Assembly (NCBI GenBank): GCA_002633005.1
Contig: NMRA01000382.1
Location: 124,425 to 188,424 of the forward strand
Reading direction: 5' to 3'
Source: Phoronis australis
Lineage: Eukaryota; Animalia; Phoronida
DNA: 64,000 bases
This document shows positions 39,388 to 51,220 of this stretch, in pieces (position 1 is the stretch's first letter; the number at the start of each line of letters is the position of its first letter). The notes beneath the pieces were generated by a model that did not search any database, had not been told where the DNA came from, and was given only the letters and a program-made list of their open reading frames with translations. The translations under genes were made by a program, and so were the position numbers.

Positions 39388-40353
39388 CATAGGCGGATTT
39401 AGGGGGGGGCAGGGGGCCCGCCCCCCCCCCCCCCCCTTGGCCGCCGCAAAAAAATAAAACAGTAAGAGCGTAGGGAAATGGTGAGTTTATTAATTCACTC
39501 TGGTAATTATACGGATGAAAAAAAAAATAAATGTTTGCCGTTTCAGTGTTGGGGGGTGGCTCAAATCCAATTTCAAGTGTCAAATTTGGAACACTGCGCG
39601 TTCGTAACGGAACTATGGTTAAGTATAGAATCTCCCGCGATATCCTAGGCGACCGACAGTGGCGCTGTGCACTACGACTCCGTTTCCGTCGTCTGCTCCA
39701 CAGTGCAATGAAGAAAATTTACTTCATTTTTTAAAGAAAATGGAACCTGAGTGACGATGAAAAAACAGAAGCTGCTGGTAAGATGTGAATTTTAATCGAA
39801 GCCTTTAAGTTAGTGAATCACTCAGAAACTCGCAATACTCTCTTTGTCAAAACTTATCTTAAGAGGGTTTCCAAAGCAATCCGTCATTACTGCCAACACG
39901 AAAAATGGATTTGGTCTTTTGGCCATTTGAAGACTATTTCAAATACGACAAATTTGTTAAGAATTGATGGCACAAAATATAAAACGTGTAATAAGCATTA
40001 CAAAAAGAAGTAGGTTTCGCGCGCAAACGTTGTGGCCCATAAACAAGTAAGTCTTTTAGTACGAGAATAGTAGTTAAATCGTTGTGGTGTAGTGGTAACG
40101 TACGCGCGGTCTATCCGCCAGGTCGTGAGTTCGAGTCTTGTACTTTTTGCTGTTTGACACGTTCTCCAGGAGTCAAGGAAAATGCTTGATTTTTAGAGGT
40201 AAAAACAGAAAAATTTCCTGGGCGGGCAAACCCCCCTCCCGACCTCCCGCCATTCGGTGCTATGCGCACTACAATGGTGGTTCAGTTTGCGCAAATGCTT
40301 CCAGCCGGACAAAATGTTGGGCCCCCCCTTGTAATATCCTAGATCCGCCACTG
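39388..40353. mobile_element. hAT-like non-autonomous element carrying a tRNA-like segment, nested in the CACTA-like element
   Basis: Ends cataggcggattt...agatccgccactg. The empty site is visible in the second host copy (catggactc, ~63885), and tggac is duplicated on both flanks. A/B boxes at ~40080-40137. Confidence 0.88.
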
Positions 40354-41591
40354 TGGACTCATCCTGTGTGTGAATTATCTGAACTTCTAACGTGCAAGAT
40401 ACTTCTGGGGGTCCATCAGAGGAGGCCATAACGTTCACATAAGACTATTACTCTATTATATTTCTGTCTTCTGAGGTTGTGTCAGTGTGATCAATGCAAG
40501 GGGAGGGACTACCAAGACAAAGTGTAAGAGTTGGGTTTATTGGCATTGGTTGTGTTTGCTTATGTCTATTTTCGTAGAAATTCTTGGAAGCTCCTGATTT
40601 TGAAATCTCATATCACTACAGGTCAATAATTTGCAAGGTTCACTTGCCTCATCCACACACCCATCCTAAAATATGGGGGGTGCTCGAATTTTTGGGCATG
40701 TTGACCTTTTACTAAAAAAAAACGGGTATGTTCAGAGCAGTGCACAGTGCATTCCGGAATTACAGCTTTTTATTGGACTCGTGTCTCGTTTTCTCAATAT
40801 TTTTTGTTTCTATTAGGCCAACCTTTTTCATGCCCACTTCAGCAAGTGTGGGGTGCTCGTTCGAGCCTCCCCTGGGTGCGCGCATGTGCCTGGTTCTCAA
40901 AATTAAGAATCACCTATGTAACTATTGTTTTGCCTATTTTGACTGATTTGCTCAGGTTTGTCGGGAGGATCTACAGTGTAGGTTATTGAATGCGAAAGGA
41001 CATTCCGATCCCACTACTAGTTGGCATAGGTCACAATGTACCCAAATGAACTCTCACCAGTCAACATGTTAACTATTGTTACGCACAGTGAAACTTGCAT
41101 AATTCCTATCTAATTGCACCAAATAATTCAATGCAAATATGGAAAATCTGTGTGATTTTGGGATTGAGTATGTGCTTTCGAATTTTTACCGGGTTGTGGA
41201 ATACTAGAATGTAGCAAAGATTTGCATGTTCAGACTTAAAATTTTCACATTCAATGCGAGTTCGGCTGGTTTTATTGAAATTTAATATTTCAGTGTTATG
41301 GTGAAAGTGATAGTTAATCTGGGTACAACTCTACCTAGGAGTTGGGTTGAGTTGAATATGGACTGACTAGAATGATTTCCCCATGTCTGTAGGGGCATGT
41401 TCTTTTCCGTCTTGAAATTTGCTTGGAACCTCATTTTAATATCTTTGCAAATGTCAGCCAGTAAAGTGATTCGTGGGAGTACAGGATATAGTATTTTTAT
41501 GTTTACTGTAGTACATGAGATAATAATTCTATTTTTACTGTAAACTATAATGGTTACGTAAGATATCTCGTGAAGACAATGCCAGTATCTT

Positions 41592-41757
41592 CAATGGTGG
41601 ATTCAGAGGACAGCTAAGGGGCCATGGCCCCGGCCCCCTAAAACGCTACAAGATCAATTGGCAGTTGGGGTGGGCAGGGGGTGAATGTCTGATGGGCAAA
41701 ACCCTACTCTGCCCTAACCCCCCAACTCAAAATCCTGGATCCGCCCGACCGCCCCTG
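41592..41757. mobile_element. hAT-like MITE
   Basis: Degenerate TIRs caatggtggattcag...cctggatccgccc..ccctg. Confidence 0.5.
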
Positions 41758-43078
41758 ATCTTTACATGGATAACATTCCCTGTAAATGGGTTATGTCTGG
41801 ATTCTTAAGAAGCTATCACATACTGTTATGTTTGCTAGTACCTCATTGTTTCCAGGTCTCTATTAACTTGCCGAAGTACTTGGAAGAACTAGACATCCAA
41901 ACATTTGCATCGAAACAATCACCCAGGGGTGGTATTGGGCTGTTTACATCCACATGGCAGGTAGAGCTTCATGTTTCATTGTTGAGTTAAAAATAGTGCT
42001 GTTTTCAGGGTTTGAATTTGAAACAATATGAAATATGCCCTTGGTTTAACCAATGGGCTTATAATCTTTAACAAGCTCACTGATTCTTGTAGCCATTTGG
42101 TCTAGTCAATATAAAGCTTCTTGGTTTTGCTATAAGTTTCAAAAAGTACACGCGGAAGTATACATGTGAGATTAAACATCCAGTTCTAACCCTGGTTGTG
42201 CCGGCTAAATGTCCATGAAACATCAGTATGAAGTTCTATGCTGGCTGGAGACAGCTAGTTAGAATACAACTAGCTCAGCTCATTATGTAGAGTTGTGCAT
42301 TTTCTTATCATATTACCGAATTAAACAATGAAAAGTTCATAAAAATAATGGGAATTGTAGTTTATTGCAGTTGCCAACAGTTTCATCATTTGATAAAAAT
42401 ATTAATTAATGTATCATAGAACTTTAACTAAAAAGTTACAGAGCACGATACCTGGTTAGCCTGAAGTCCAACTTTTATTAACGGATTAAGTTTTGTCATA
42501 TGCATGGTTTGTTCTAGATTGTGATAGCATGATAGGTGGCCATGTGCATGTTTTGTATTCAAGTTGTATAGAATAAAATTGTTTTGAATGTCGCGAATCC
42601 AGGATTAAAACTTCATTCAAAACAGTATGCGGAAAACTGACCCACTGCAGTGCATGCTTGAAGTAAACTTGCAGACTAGTCTTGCACTTGAATTCTGAAG
42701 AGTGATTGGTTAAATTTTGAGTTTGAAGACTATTTTCTAGGCTCTGAATATAAGTCAGGAAGTTTTACAAATCAGTGTTGATTAAACAGCACGATAAATA
42801 TCCAGTAAGTTAAGTTGTCTTATACTGATAGCTTTTACCCGCCTGTTATTAAAATTTGTTGTCTTTATTGCAGAGTGCGCCTTCAACAATCGTTGGATAA
42901 GGAAGGCTACCCAGACAACGCAACGTACGCCCGTACGAACTGCAGCTCATGAACCTATGAATTCAGTTATCTATGCTCAGAAACGCGCGTTTGTAGTCAC
43001 AAAACATGGATTATTTGCCTGTGAAGCTAAGTGAGCAGATCCAGCTAAAGAAGATTAAGTGGCTTGTGGTCTACCATA

Positions 43079-43576
43079 GGGCCCTTTCACATTGACTTAA
43101 CCCTTGTCTGAGCGGAACATCAACGTATACTGCGAAGTTAACTGGACCGTTAATTCTGGCTTCGGTAGTTAACGAACTTCGAAGTGAACAGTAGGTGACG
43201 CTGTCGTGATCGAAGGTATCGCGAGGTAGCACTGCACGCTAGGATGTGACAACTTGGGAACATTTACACATGTTAATTGACATAAAACGTATGTTTAAAT
43301 TGATTGGTGATCATTAGAGCAAGGAATAAGCAACTATTAGCCATCTCTCTACTATGCAATTGTTAATGATAACAGTGGCCCCTGGCAATAACTTCGATAG
43401 GACCGAAGTTGGTCGTTTATACTGCGTGGCAGCGTTGACGCTAAGCAATTAAATCCACCTGTTTAGTGCGAAGTTAACTGGCGCTGTTAACTTCCTTCTA
43501 GGACCAAAGTTTAAGCATTCATTACTGATATTAACTCCCAAAAACTTTGACGCGTCGATGTTAGTATGAAAGGCCC
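43079..43576. mobile_element. PIF/Harbinger-like MITE
   Basis: TIR GGGCCCTTTCACATTGAC / GTTAGTATGAAAGGCCC, internal (gaa)gttaact repeats, TA-rich flanks. Confidence 0.7.
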
Positions 43577-44944
43577 TATAGATATGTGTACGAATGTCAG
43601 TAGCTTTAAATTACATGAAAAAGAATATATTTGTGGTCAAAGGTCTAAGTTTTCTAATTTCCATCTCGTATAACCAGGTTGTACTTAGGGTTACCTTTAG
43701 TGAAACTTGTTCCCACCACGGAGTGTATTGGGTTTACTGTTATCATAATTGTCAACAAAACGAAACAACATTTTTAAGGTTGAAAACAATTATAGGTGAT
43801 TCTAAGCACTATTTCTAGCATAAGGATTGTACTTCCCAAAATCAGACCTGTGGCCATTGTCGATAAACTTTTAGTTACATGTTACGTTTCATGTTATGCT
43901 TTTGTCTCTGCGGATATTCTTGGATTTCGCATATCAAGTGATTTGTTATTCTAGGTGTCATTGCTATAATTTTAGTTAAAAACGTCTGCTGTTGAAACGT
44001 AGAATTTTGTTGTAGTCCTTCCTGGCTATGCAATCACATTTTCTTTAGAAGTGTTTCATGATTTGGTAGTGATTTCTCTGTTTGTACATTCCATTTTGCT
44101 CCCTCAGTTATCGCATAATTGTCAGAGACTGAGAACGATGCAAATATGAATTTATTATTAGCCTCATTCAGTTTTCAGTGCATTGTATACATGACATTTG
44201 AAGAACTGATTTTTGAAATGTTTCTTGTTTTTAAGATTTTGATATTTCACTGATGTTCACTTATTTTAAGGAATTAGTGTATTTTAGGAAGTGTATTTTA
44301 TTTTCTGCAATTAATCACTGTTAATGAAATGTTAATAGAACTCTAGTTTGTTAAATCTTTAAGAGAATCATTAAATTTGTTACTGTACTCCACTCTTCTT
44401 TTAGTGAAAGTCGAAATTTTTGAATGCCTGTCCTATTGAAACTCATTGCTTTTAGAAAACTTCAGTTTTCAAAAGTTAGTTCCTTGAAAACTTATGTTCG
44501 GAAAACCTAAATTTCAAAACTTAAGTTTTGATGACTTATGTTTGTTACTAAAAACTTGTTCCAAAACTTAAGTTTTTCAAAAACTTAAGTTTCTGAAACT
44601 TAAGTTTTCAGAAAACTTAAGTATTTTGGAACAAATTTTTGGAACGAACTTAAGTTTTTAAAACCTAAGTTTTCAGAAAATTTAAGGTTTTGAAAAACTT
44701 AAGTTTTCTGAACTTAAGTTTTCGAAAACTTAAGTTTTCAGAACTTAAGTGTTTGAAATCTTAAGTTTTCAGAAATTAAGTTTTTGAAAACTTAAGTTAT
44801 GAACACTTAAGTTCGTTCCAAAAACCTTGTTCCAAAATACTTAAGTTTTCGCCAAAAACTTAAGTTTTCGTGAATGAAAACTTAAGTTTTTCAGACCAAA
44901 AACTGAAGCTTTTCGATGAAAACTTGAGTTCATTTTTGTAAGGG

Positions 44945-45896
44945 TACCTTCTTCCTGGTTGTGAACTGTTCCATACCCAACCTTTACTAATAATCGACAG
45001 GTCTCCAACTTCAGCAGAAGCCACTTCTTCAACATAAGCCTTTCCTGATTCCTAAAATTGTATTAATGAATAAATTAAACAAATTAAATTTAATGTGGCC
45101 ATTTCCGCTCAGAAAATATGAATCCCAAGCTAAAGTGAAGGCACCAATATGTTTGACGGCTTTTGCATGTTCAATTAACTTCAAAATCGCAGAAATTCAT
45201 TGGCAGACATAACATACTCACTACTCTCTAAAAGCAGTTCATGGGCAGAAGGCATGTTACACATTTGCTGGTTGTTATGAAAAGTTATGATGACAACCTT
45301 ATTTTCTATGCCAATGTATACATGTAGTTGCATAAGCATCAACACATATGAATAAGACATGATTAAGCAATAAGGCCCAAGTTATAAGCAATCACGGTGT
45401 GTCAATAAAAGTATTTTTGCATGAATATTCCTCAGTGTCAGACCCTGGAATTTATTGATTCCTACCTGAGCTCACACGAAGCAGGACGTTGAACCCTGAC
45501 ATAACGTCTTTGGTCATTTTTAAGACCTCTAATCCGATTTCTCCTCTAGTGTGCAGTGGATGTACTCAGTGTCTTTGGCGACGCCAATATATCTCGAGTG
45601 TTGTAACGATGATTCGGGCTAGTGAATCTAATACGGTAGATTATGTAGCTCCTGCTGCACAGCTGCCTCCGAGGCAGCCACTGAGACAGACTACTTCTCA
45701 GGAGGACATGTTCTATCTCCACATCAGCTCCACTTACTTTTATAAGGTGCTCAAATGTCTAGCTCTTTTCCTTGTGCATTTCCCAAGAGTTTCCAAAGTT
45801 GTTTCTTTCCGCAATTTGTAGAAATATCACATTCGATGCGACTGGCAGTGCCAGATAAATAGATAAATTCGCAAACCCGCACCTTAGGTCAGCCAT
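44945..45896 (-). pseudogene. Sola3-like transposase remnant: first exon (~45896-45467) and start of last exon (~45047-44945); catalytic core absent
   Basis: MADLRCGFANL..LGKCTRKRARHL..EHVLLRS..SPNHR/TLEIYWRRQRH*VHPLH..KMTKDVMSGFNVLLRVSS then a GTAGG donor, paralleling the N-terminal L..C..DI..HL..ELILAR..CP.HR..LGI.WR...C..P.H..LVPVGS pattern. Acceptor ttttAG at ~45048. Confidence 0.55.
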
Positions 45897-47020
45897 CATT
45901 CAACTAACGCATTGTAAGCTTTAGTTTGGCATTCAGACCAGTTGGATGAACAAATTTAGTATAATTTCATATTTTAGTGGGAAATGCTAGTGTCCTTAAA
46001 ATTAATTAAAAACAGTTAAGCAAACCAATTCTTTTAATTGTTGTATTATATCACGGCATATTAATGCGTAGAAACGGCGCACAACTAGTGACTGGTTTAA
46101 CATGACAAATACACATACCCGGTCTGAAAATAGTGAAATTCAGACACCTATTGCCAAGGCTGCCTGAAGGGCTGACAAAGTTTTTATTGTATTAATTTCA
46201 AGGGCATGGAGTCTTCTATCTGTCCATGTTATTATTTTTTTAATTTTGTCGCGGGGGCAGCTTCGCTATAACGGTACAACTTACTGCTAGTTTTTCACAA
46301 GAAGGAAATGTACCTCCACGGAAACAGTTCCAGTGTTACCATGGTAACCGATATTTCAGTGTCGATGCCGTTTTTACTGAGATTGGTCATGAACCTATCA
46401 TGTGATATCAAAATTGTTCAGAAACAATTCTGTTTGAAGCAGAAACTGGGGTAGAAAATTTGGTCAAAAATGACTCATTCCACATCAAGAAATTGGCTCA
46501 TTTTGCCCCCCAGGACACTTCCCTGTATCTCCTAAACCACCAAACTTTGTGGTGTCATACTTCACCCAATTTCTCTAATCCCTAATGTGATTTATCAGAC
46601 TAAACATGAATCTGAATGGCTGACCCCACCCCACATTGCCGTTTGTTGGATGTACAGTGGTCGGTGGATCCGTGGACTGATACTTAACGTCTTTCATCAA
46701 CTCAATTAGAGAACTACTGCCAAATACCAGTACCAGAAAATCCTCGATGTTTAAAGGTGAAGGGAACCTTTTTTTCATGTCATTTTTAGCTAAAATAAGG
46801 TTGGTTGGTTAACCTAGACATATTTTCCACTTCATTACAGCTTTTCGTAATTTTGTTAATTACTCGTCCGCTACTCCGGAAGTGACGTTTTAGGAGGCAA
46901 GCATTTCGCGTCAATTTCTTTTCATATAGTCTGACTGTGAGAGCTGCCGAGTCAGTCATTGTTCTACCTCGGTTGTGTTAAGTTCCGTCGTCGTTTGCTT
47001 TCATTTACTAGTCAGTCAAC

Positions 47021-47815
47021 ATGCCACACTGTTGCTGCGTACCGGGATGTACTAATTGTCGTCTCGTGCGCTTTGGGAGTACCTTTGCATCGCTTTCCGA
47101 TGGATGACACACTTCGCCGTACTTGGCTCGTTCGTGTGAAGAACGCAGCGTTACCCGTCCACGCAACGTACAAAGCAGTCGAGAATTACCGTGTGTGTGG
47201 CAAGCACTTTCTGCCGTCCGATTACGAAAGGGATTTGTACGCTGAACTGATGAAGGTCCCTGCGAAACAACGCCTGAAGAAGGATGCCATTCCGTCTGTG
47301 TTGATTCCCGGCAGTGCCCCGTCGCCATCCCGAGAAGTGCTTTTTTGAAGTGAGGAGCCTCGCGAGCCGTGGCCAATACAGTGACTGGAGCCAGTGGAGG
47401 CACTTCATCGACTCTAACCCGTGCCTCCGAACGTACCCCAGAGCGTGCCATTGCTGGAACCAGTAGTGATTCGCCCTGTGCTGTTTTCTCCAGCCCAGAG
47501 ACTCTAAGCAGTACTGCAGCGATATTGAGTAGTGGGAGTGATTACAGGCCCAGTTCGACACCCAGTGAAGAGGACAGTTCGTCGCCCAGTGAACAGATCG
47601 GTGAACCAAACTTCGATAAGTTTATTGTGGACTTTTCTAAAGTGTTGGAGTTATTTAGAAGGTGCCAGGTGAGTGGCGAGGGAGTCACACGACACGATGT
47701 AAGCAGTTTGGATGCCCAGGTCACCATCCAGTGGGAGTGTGTCGCAGGACACTCTGGCAAGTGGGACAGTTGTTCCTCTGTCCGTGGTATGCCGGAGGTC
47801 CACTTAACCGTGTCC
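47021..47815 (+). pseudogene. Kolobok THAP-domain transposase, N-terminal part, frameshifted and truncated before the DDE core
   Basis: ATG 47021 MPHCCCVPGCTN, frameshift to LHRFP..RRTW..RVCGKHF..RLKKDAIPSV (C2CH THAP with AVPTIF-like box), then KFIVDFSKVLELFRRC..WECVAGHSGKWDS. Confidence 0.88.
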
Positions 47816-48111
47816 AGTAGTGGCTTGGCCTCGTCGAACTCTGAACAGCACAAGCATTCCATTGAGGTAGGCATAACAACGCACACAGTGCATTTGCACC
47901 AAGATGTGTCACCACGTCTGTCCTCAGTAGCCGATTCGTTTCTCTCAACAGCTGCCTTTGCCTGTGCGTACTCTGCCTCGTTATACTCGGGCTCAAACAT
48001 GTACCCACCCACTGAATGTCCGTGAAAAAATTCCTCGTCACCACTGCTGTGAACAAGGTCTCCGTCACTCACACTAATGTCACTGTGATGCGGGTCACCG
48101 ACTCCAGCCAT
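47815..48111 (-). pseudogene. KolX (P2X7 C-terminal-like Cys-rich) accessory protein, N-terminal half
   Basis: ATG 48111 MAGVG..GYMFEPEY..RRGDTSWCKCTVCVVMPTSMECLCCSE, i.e. the YxFEP and WCxCxxCxxMxTxxExxCCxE motifs. Confidence 0.85.
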
Positions 48112-49899
48112 TTTCAGCTTAGAGCACACTAAACAATCCCTAAATCCAACGTAGTTCACTTCTCTACTAACCTATCTTGCCGCAGAATACTCGCCGATGG
48201 ACAGCACAAAACAAAAGTAGAATAGAACAGATTCGCACAGTAAACTCAACGCAAAACCAAGTGGCGGGAAACGCTTGCCTCCTAAAACGTCACTTCCGGA
48301 GTAGCGGACGAGTATTTAATAAAATTACGAAAAGATGTAATTAAGTGGAAAATATGTCTAGGATAACCAACCAACCTTATTTTAGCTCAAAATGACATAA
48401 AAAAGGTTGCCTTCGCCGTCAAGCATGAGGGTTTGTATCCATAAAGTGAGGTTTCCTTGCACATGTCAGATTTCAGACCAAATAACTTCGGTATTTAAAA
48501 AGCTTTGTGACGCAGCTAATCCCGTTCTTTTGTAGTGACTTGGTAAACATTTGAGAATATTATACATCACTCAATTTGTGAGTTTCTTAGACGTACTATT
48601 TTGCAACAGCCGTGACATAGTGAAGAACGTTATGCGGTGCCGTTAACTTATACAGTGTAGTTCCCTTAATTTGTGACGGCTTCGAAATAGTCTGCTCAGG
48701 TCTGCAATATCCAAAGCTGAATTCAATATTCTTTCAATAGCTTTAGATCAATAAAGGAGTCGCACTAAAGATATTTAAAAGGGAACAGAACAGGCAAACT
48801 ATAGTGGAAAAATGAACCATCAGATCAGGCGTGTGGTACCAGAGGTGGTTGTGCACACGCGTACTATTTACCTACAGCTGACAGTGTTCTTTTTGATGAA
48901 GAACCGTGAGTATCCACTTGCGATGACCTAAAGTGTTTTAGAAGATTCCTTAACTGCACTTATTGACGAGCTTTTATTTAGCTAACAATCCCCGGTCCAC
49001 ATTCTTTGGCTTCGTTTCGTGTTATCTCCCTCCCTCGTCACCCATTTCTATAGTACACTCTAACTCCTGCAACTCTCTCTGACATCACCGGTGTCTTCAC
49101 ATTACCCGCGGCCAACAGTCATTGTAGTGCATGATGGGAATTTAAAAACAAAATATGATTGATGCAAACAAGTAGAAAATTTGGAGACATCTCAACCATG
49201 TTTTACCATAAATTAATAAGGATGAGATGACAAACTTTGCTGTCGCGATGCTGAGGTTGCCATGCGCATGTGGGGAACTTATTTCAAAGTGTTTGTTCTG
49301 GTGTTGGTTCTTATTATGGAATATAGGACTTATAGAGTGGGATATTTATATAGTAAAAAATAACGTGCGCGTAGATTTGCTATGATCTGAAAGTTTATCT
49401 CAACCAACGCCACTGCAATGGTCGCGAAATCGTGTTCGTCGAATCGTACACTAAACACTTAAAACTATACGATGATACCGTCCACTTTTTAGTCGGATGG
49501 GAATTTGCAGTGCTGCAACCCCCTTGAAAATACCGGGTTTTTTTGTCGAAAGGGTAACTGGGCCTATTTCGCGTGGGAAATTACAATACCACACGTGACA
49601 ACAATAATATTATTGAATTTCTCCAAAAGTCAAAGAGCAGGATGATGTTGCGATGGATTGTTCTGAATTTCTCTGGACCTTCACGACCCAGGGCCCACGC
49701 TGTCGCCGATCAACGACACACATACAGTAAAAAAATGTAATCATTTATCAGTAACATTTAAGAATAAACACATGACTATTGTCTAAGTGACACTGGCAAA
49801 TAACGAGATATAGAACCAAGTTTCACATTCCAGCAAAATATGATGAAATCTTTAAACGGCTTTAAATAACGAGTTTTCACTAGTGAACTCGTCGCAATT

Positions 49900-50108
49900 G
49901 GGGCCGTTCCAAAAAAACTAACTTGACTGAGACAAATCTTAAAGTTTAGTCCATTTTAAGATAAAACTTAAATGTGTCTCGAAGTCCTTTTCAACGAAGA
50001 AATCTTAAATTTGACTTAATTGTTGACTTAAAAATTTGTCTTAACTTACCAGTTGTGGAAGTTTCAAAGATAGAAAGTTGAGACAAAATGAGTTTCTTGG
50101 AACGGGCC
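49900..50108. mobile_element. PIF/Harbinger-like MITE
   Basis: TIR GGGGCCGTTCCAAAAAAACT / AGTTTCTTGGAACGGGCC with internal cttaa repeats. Confidence 0.7.
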
Positions 50109-50699
50109 ACACAAGTTCAGTTTATATACACCATGAGGTCGTAATTGACAAAGCTTAAGCATGAACATACATAGCAAAACTTGCTTAAAGTTTGATGGAC
50201 ATCAGTCAGTGCTTGTTAGACTTGTGCAATGTCCCGCTGAATGTCTGCATTGATTCATAAAAAACGCCCCTCGGTTAAATGGAAATTTGTCCATCTTGCA
50301 CCATATTTCTAGGTCCCCTTGTACATGTATTACCCACCCTCTATAATTTTAGGAAGTCGGAAGTGGAGGGATGTGCCTGATGTCGCTAACGTCCATACCC
50401 ATGCTGTAAGCTCAGGTGGAAAACAGCAGCATGATAGTCCTAAAATCTGGACATCTTCTACAATTTCTTCTTTCCTCTGAAACGAAATGATTGGGGGATT
50501 GTTATTCCTCTGAATCACTGACTTGTAACTTAAATTCAATTTCATAACTGTAAAGTCAAATCTCATCAATGATCCTCTGGACATTTGCAGAGGGTTGTCT
50601 TAACTACAAGAGCAGTAATTAGTATACAGTTCAGCCTTATTTATTAACCAGGGCTGAGATGCAAAAAATTCAAGTTAACCTCTGGATAGTGCCACTCGA

Positions 50700-51220
50700 T
50701 TTAATTATTCTTTTATTCCGTCTTAATCGGTCTATATCCACGTCGCCTCGCATACGGCCGACCTTACCTTGCCAAGAGGTGTCGCGTTAACCTGTGAGTA
50801 AGGTGAGAAGCGAAGCTAGCGACGTCAGTGGTTCATATGCAGAGTGAATGCCGCTATATTGCGGTGCATTGTTCCCGCTTGTCCGAACTAAGCAGCTGCC
50901 AGGAAAGAGGGTATATCGTTTTTTATGTCCTCGAGAGTCCGAAATGCTTAGGAAGTGGCTCATGGTAGTGAAGAATGAAATGTACAAGAGGCCGTGAAAC
51001 ATTTCCGTGTCTGTGGCCTGCATACATCGACAGTGCCTCACGAATGCCGGCTTACCATATAACTCCATACGTTCCGTTGTCTGAGCTTGTTCGCGGCGCC
51101 TCTCTAGTATTTCTTCATCACTGTATTCCTGTTCGAATTGATAGCCTGTGAAACTTAACGATCCACCTGCGGAGCTGATGAGCTCTAGCTCGTCCTAAGT
51201 CGGGATTGCGAGTTGCCATG
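50700..51220 (-). pseudogene. Second, strongly decayed KolX-like remnant
   Basis: FTGYQFEQEYSDEEILERR resembles GYMFEPEYNEAE, followed by HCRCM and LRFSPYSQ..LGK, which recall the KolX R..AYRQ...LGK tail. Confidence 0.45.

Larger units (their letters stand above)
38476..44944. mobile_element. 6.47-kb EnSpm/CACTA-like element with palindromic AAAACTTAAGTTTT subterminal arrays
   Basis: TIR CCCTTACAARAATGAACT / AGTTCATTTTTGTAAGGG with a 2-bp TA TSD. Dense arrays at 38490-38700 and 44455-44930. It interrupts a continuous reading frame, and a second copy starts at 62745. Confidence 0.9.
46755..48418. mobile_element. Internally deleted Kolobok transposon (1664 bp)
   Basis: ~155-bp TIRs (AGGTGAAGGGAACC...CCGGAAGTGACGTTTTAGGAGGCAAGC), TTAA on the left and degenerate TCAA on the right. 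Convergent THAP-transposase and KolX fragments. Confidence 0.9.

Noticed and set aside
41856-42950. Exon-like pieces inside the CACTA-like element (VSINLPKYLEEL..., VRLQQSLDKEGYP...)
   Set aside because: Splice-like flanks are present but the pieces are too short and decayed to assign a product.
44455-44930. Palindromic repeat arrays (also 12230-13660) as CRISPR
   Set aside because: No constant-length repeats with unique spacers, no cas genes and a eukaryotic context; 44455-44930 is a transposon subterminal array.
47008-47609. Minus-strand ORFs of 147 and 152 aa, and 47721-48068
   Set aside because: Shadow frames of the GC-richer Kolobok coding sequence.
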